The notes beneath the pieces were generated by a model. It worked only from the letters and a program-made list of their open reading frames with translations. It was not told the DNA's origin and did no database searches. A stretch of DNA of 64,000 bases from Nitrosopumilus sp. (GTDB lineage Archaea; Thermoproteota; Nitrososphaeria; Nitrososphaerales; Nitrosopumilaceae): positions 1,504,001 to 1,568,000 of the forward strand of contig OZ243974.1 of assembly GCA_965214775.1 (NCBI GenBank), given 5' to 3'. Each line of letters opens with the position of its first letter. Within the stretch, counting starts at the first letter, position 1. Position numbers and translations under genes: made by a program. Of this stretch, positions 60,757-64,000 are shown piece after piece.

Positions 60757-61143
60757 TTGCCAAAAGCCGGATTCAAATCAATCACTGTTTCTGAAATTGT
60801 TTATGATAAATTCCACGAAGTCTATCAAAAGAGCAAGGAAGATCTGGCAATGAGGGGTGTCAACAGTTTCTCCGGCTATGTCACCTACATGTTGGAAGAG
60901 ATGATGCAAAAGGACAAGACCTTTGCAAGATATGCTCCAAAGATTGAAAAAATTTCAGTGGATGATGATCGAATAATTCTAAAGGACAACATCAAAAACA
61001 GGATTGTCGAAGTCGCAGTTCAGAAAGGAGAATTATTTTGTCAGCTGTGTGAAGAAAAAGACTGCGTACATGTTGGTTTTGTATGGTCCATTCCAAAAGT
61101 TTACGAAGTCCTCAACGCTAGAGGAATCAAACATCCAAAATGA
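60757..61143 (+). CDS. Putative DNA-binding protein with CxxC...CxH motif, likely conserved in thaumarchaea
   Basis: MPKAGFKSITV N-terminus; LFCQLCEEKDCVHVGF. Confidence 0.8.
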   Translation: MPKAGFKSITVSEIVYDKFHEVYQKSKEDLAMRGVNSFSGYVTYMLEEMMQKDKTFARYAPKIEKISVDDDRIILKDNIKNRIVEVAVQKGELFCQLCEEKDCVHVGFVWSIPKVYEVLNARGIKHPK

Positions 61144-61149
61144 GTCCGG

Positions 61150-61271
61150 TGGAGGAGGTGGGATTTGAACCCACGAACTCCTGAGAGACAGGATCACCCA
61201 TTATTTGATCTTAAGTCCTGCATGTCCAAAAGCACGGAGTGCTTACTTTGGCCAGGCTTGATTACTCCTCC
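61150..61271 (-). tRNA. tRNA-Leu(TAA) with two introns
   Basis: Acceptor GGAGGAG/CTCCTCC, anticodon arm CAGGA-CTTAAGA-TCCTG, long variable arm, GTTCAAATC T loop; extra sequence in the D arm and after position 37. Confidence 0.85.
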
Positions 61272-61362
61272 AAAATGATAAAAATCCGTGTGAAATTTAA
61301 CAGTTTAGAGTTCTTGCCAAAATAATGAAGAATTATAAGGATTTTCCACAGGATTAACTTGT

Positions 61363-61436
61363 GCTTCGATAGCTCAGCCTGGTAGAGCGTTACCTTGGTA
61401 AGGTAAAGGTCACGGGTCCGGATCCCGTTCGAAGCT
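61363..61436 (+). tRNA. tRNA-Thr(GGT)
   Basis: Acceptor GCTTCGA/TCGAAGC, D arm GCTC/GAGC, anticodon arm TTACC-TTGGTAA-GGTAA; upstream TATA ttataa; T-rich terminator. Confidence 0.9.
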
Positions 61437-61558
61437 TTTTAATTTCTAAAGGGCAGTTTTAAAGTTTGTATTTAAGCAGTTTTTGACTAGGAAAAAATTA
61501 GTTCAAGATCAATTTTTTTTGTGTTTCAAAGTGTTAAAAAACTACGTGATACTAGTCA

Positions 61559-62425
61559 TTGAAGCAAGTATATTCCCAAGTATCGGCAGCCGTCCCCCCA
61601 AAACCATTTGTCAAGTGGGCCGGCGGAAAGCGCCAGTTAATTCCGATTATAAATAAGAACCTGCCGAAAACCTTTGGAACCTACTATGAACCGTTTATTG
61701 GGGGGGGTGCCCTGCTTTTCCACATACTCACAGAAAGAAATGCTCAAAAATGCAGCATCTCTGACTTGAATTCTGATCTGGTCTTGACTTACACCACAAT
61801 TCGAGGCAGAATTGACGACCTGATTTCGTCCCTAAAAGACCATGAAAAAAACTATCGCAAGGATTCAAAGTCCTACTATTACTCAATTCGCGAATCCAGT
61901 CCGAGAAGTGAAATTGAAAAGACATCAAGACTGCTCTTCTTGAACAGAACCTGCTTTAATGGATTGTACAGGGTAAACAGCAAAGGAAAGTTCAACGTGC
62001 CCCTTGGACGTTATTCGAACCCAAATATAGTAAACGAGGAGAATCTCCGCTCTGTTAGCGCCCTTTTGCAGGCAAACAGAGTCTCAATCAAGTGTCGTGA
62101 TTTTGAGGCAGTTCTGCAAGATGCCAAAAAAGGTGATCTGGTATACTTTGATCCGCCATACCAGCCGGTAAGCGACACTGCCAATTTCACATGTTATACA
62201 AACAAGGATTTTACAGACAGTGATCTTCGAAGACTGGCAGATCTATGCAACAAACTAGATTCTAAAGGATGCAGAGTTCTTTTGTCAAATTCGGATTCAA
62301 AAAAAGTCTCAGAGATGTTCTCAGGCAGGTCTTGGAAAGTAAAGAAGATTCAGGCAAACCGTTCAATCAATTCTGATTCAAAAAAGAGGACAGGCCACTT
62401 TGAGCTGTTGATAAAAAATTATTAA
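61559..62425 (+). CDS. dam: Dam-like (D12 class) DNA adenine methyltransferase
   Basis: KWAGGK, EPFIGGG, LNRTCFNGLYRVN..G.FNVP.G, DPPY motifs. Confidence 0.9.
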   Translation: MKQVYSQVSAAVPPKPFVKWAGGKRQLIPIINKNLPKTFGTYYEPFIGGGALLFHILTERNAQKCSISDLNSDLVLTYTTIRGRIDDLISSLKDHEKNYRKDSKSYYYSIRESSPRSEIEKTSRLLFLNRTCFNGLYRVNSKGKFNVPLGRYSNPNIVNEENLRSVSALLQANRVSIKCRDFEAVLQDAKKGDLVYFDPPYQPVSDTANFTCYTNKDFTDSDLRRLADLCNKLDSKGCRVLLSNSDSKKVSEMFSGRSWKVKKIQANRSINSDSKKRTGHFELLIKNY

Positions 62426-62529
62426 AAACAACTCAAGATTCATCCTCTAGTATTCCATGTGTTTCCGAAAACCGTTTGGCATGCATGTTGGAGTGTGTAG
62501 ATGACAAAATGAAAAGGAAAGGTTGGTTT

Positions 62530-63180
62530 TTAGTCCCACTTTGACCATGCGGCCATCCATCTGTAGGTCCATGTATTCAATTTACAACCTAGCGCTGCAA
62601 ACGTACATGCCAAAACTGCACCTGCGCCTGCACCTAGAGCAACCGGACTGTTGTAGAACTTGCCTACTTGCGGTTCTATCGGTGTCATGTATGGCGGCAA
62701 TGTCGGTCTTGGATACTTGAATGCCGTTTCAAGTGGGTCTGCTACTGTTATCAGGTTTACCATGTTGAACAACGGTAATGACATTCCTACCAGTACGCCG
62801 CCAAACAGTATCAAGGAGTGCTTGTTCTTCTTTGTTGCCCAGTAGACCAAGTCCAGCAGCATTGCTGATGGCAACCAAACCGGGGTTACAATGAAGTCAT
62901 ATGGATACCCAAGTGCAAACCATGCGCCTTTTGCTACCCATGTGTATACTGTCATAATCAGAGCGTAGTACGTTGCTGTGCCCGGAACGCCTGTAAATGT
63001 TAGGTAATATGTTGCACCTACAATAAGCATCAACGTTTGCGATATTGAGAATACCGTGTACGAAGTCCAAGCCCAGTCAGTGTAGAAGATGTAGTCTCCT
63101 GCATTAATTGTTAACAGTGTTGAGTTAACTGCAACGACTACTATGAACAAGTAGTGCGTACATCGTCTTAACCAGACCAT
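62530..63180 (-). CDS. amoA: Ammonia monooxygenase subunit A
   Basis: MVWLRRCTHYLFIVVVAVNSTLLTINAGDYIFYTDWAW ... WMAAWSKWD, 216 aa. Confidence 0.99.
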   Translation of the reverse strand: MVWLRRCTHYLFIVVVAVNSTLLTINAGDYIFYTDWAWTSYTVFSISQTLMLIVGATYYLTFTGVPGTATYYALIMTVYTWVAKGAWFALGYPYDFIVTPVWLPSAMLLDLVYWATKKNKHSLILFGGVLVGMSLPLFNMVNLITVADPLETAFKYPRPTLPPYMTPIEPQVGKFYNSPVALGAGAGAVLACTFAALGCKLNTWTYRWMAAWSKWD

Positions 63181-63363
63181 TACAAACCTGAAGAAAGGGT
63201 CAGTATATAAAATTTTAGAGTGGGATAGTTTGCTGCATAACCGTGCCTGAAATTTGAAACTGGGCCAAAAAGCACCGGGGCCTGACTGTACATACATAAA
63301 GTACTATATGCCGAGCGCAGGCTGGCACTTTGGGGGGGGATGGCAGCCGCCGCCAGAGGCCCG

Positions 63364-63468
63364 TATGGCTTCCAGGACAAGACGGCCACAGAAGCGATCA
63401 GGAAAAACGACCCAAAATGGATGAAAAGCAACATCAATGAATAGCGGACATTATTTCCATATAACACA
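63364..63468 (+). mobile_element. IS481 3'-end remnant between amoA and amoX
   Basis: Matches 32876-32980 including the terminal repeat tttccatataacaca. Confidence 0.85.
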
Positions 63469-63523
63469 CAGGCTGCCATTTTAAGAAAGACTTAAAAGGA
63501 TTCTGAATTAGAATAATTCCATA

Positions 63524-63886
63524 ATGACTCTTCCTAAAGGATTTGGTTCTGGCGGTGGCGGTGGATCATCTAGCGCCGACGTAGAACGAATGATTGGAAA
63601 ACGTGTTGAAAACATGACCGGCATGATTACAATTTCATTCTGGGCAGCATGGTTGGCAACATTTGGCGGTACTGCAGCAGGATACTTTTATTATCCATGG
63701 GCATATCCGACCCCGAGTGGCCACTTTGCATTCATCGTACTTACAATCATTGAGGCAATAGGTTATATCTTCTGTGTCAAAGTCATGGAAGAAGGTTCCA
63801 ACAAGAATAGCAATGGTATCGTTGGCGGCAGTGTCGCTGCAGTTGCAGCAGGTACGGTCTTCATCGCATTATACGTTGGCAACTAG
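63524..63886 (+). CDS. amoX: Ammonia monooxygenase subunit X
   Basis: MTLPKGFG...YYPWAYPTPSGHFAF; divergent from amoA as in Nitrosopumilaceae. Confidence 0.9.
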   Translation: MTLPKGFGSGGGGGSSSADVERMIGKRVENMTGMITISFWAAWLATFGGTAAGYFYYPWAYPTPSGHFAFIVLTIIEAIGYIFCVKVMEEGSNKNSNGIVGGSVAAVAAGTVFIALYVGN

Positions 63887-64000
63887 AAGGAACCCCCTTC
63901 AGACACTTTATTTTTCATTTTCATTCTGATAAAAAACGACAACGGTGTTGTTTGTCGTCATGCCTGTGGAATCCCATCTGACTTCCTCCTGATGGAATAT

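Overview
Archaeal chromosome segment from an ammonia-oxidising thaumarchaeon (Nitrosopumilaceae-like). A secreted serpin and an extreme IS/MITE load suggest a host-associated lineage such as a sponge symbiont (inference). Core genes are amoC-amoB at the left end, rps15-DHH-pcc1-serS, rps3ae-GGR-AAA/vWA-tbp, tRNA-Leu/tRNA-Thr, a Dam-like methylase, and amoA-amoX at the right end, so the normally contiguous amo cluster is split by about 60 kb. A ~35 kb island (about 15.45-50.69 kb) sits between serS and rps3ae. It carries three copies of one tyrosine integrase, a duplicated att-like sequence overlapping the rps3ae promoter, and a DUF499 ATPase/small ORF/DUF1156 methylase/SNF2-nuclease operon. 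Further cargo includes TcmP and DUF5131, a YwgA-like/HD-hydrolase pair, RelE and Doc-like toxin modules with unannotated mini-antitoxin ORFs, a serpin and a split PD-(D/E)xK nuclease. IS5-, IS481-, IS630- and IS110-family elements are nested in each other, and at least eight MITE families occur, several with readable target-site duplications (TSDs). All family assignments come from motif recognition by eye; no database searches were run.
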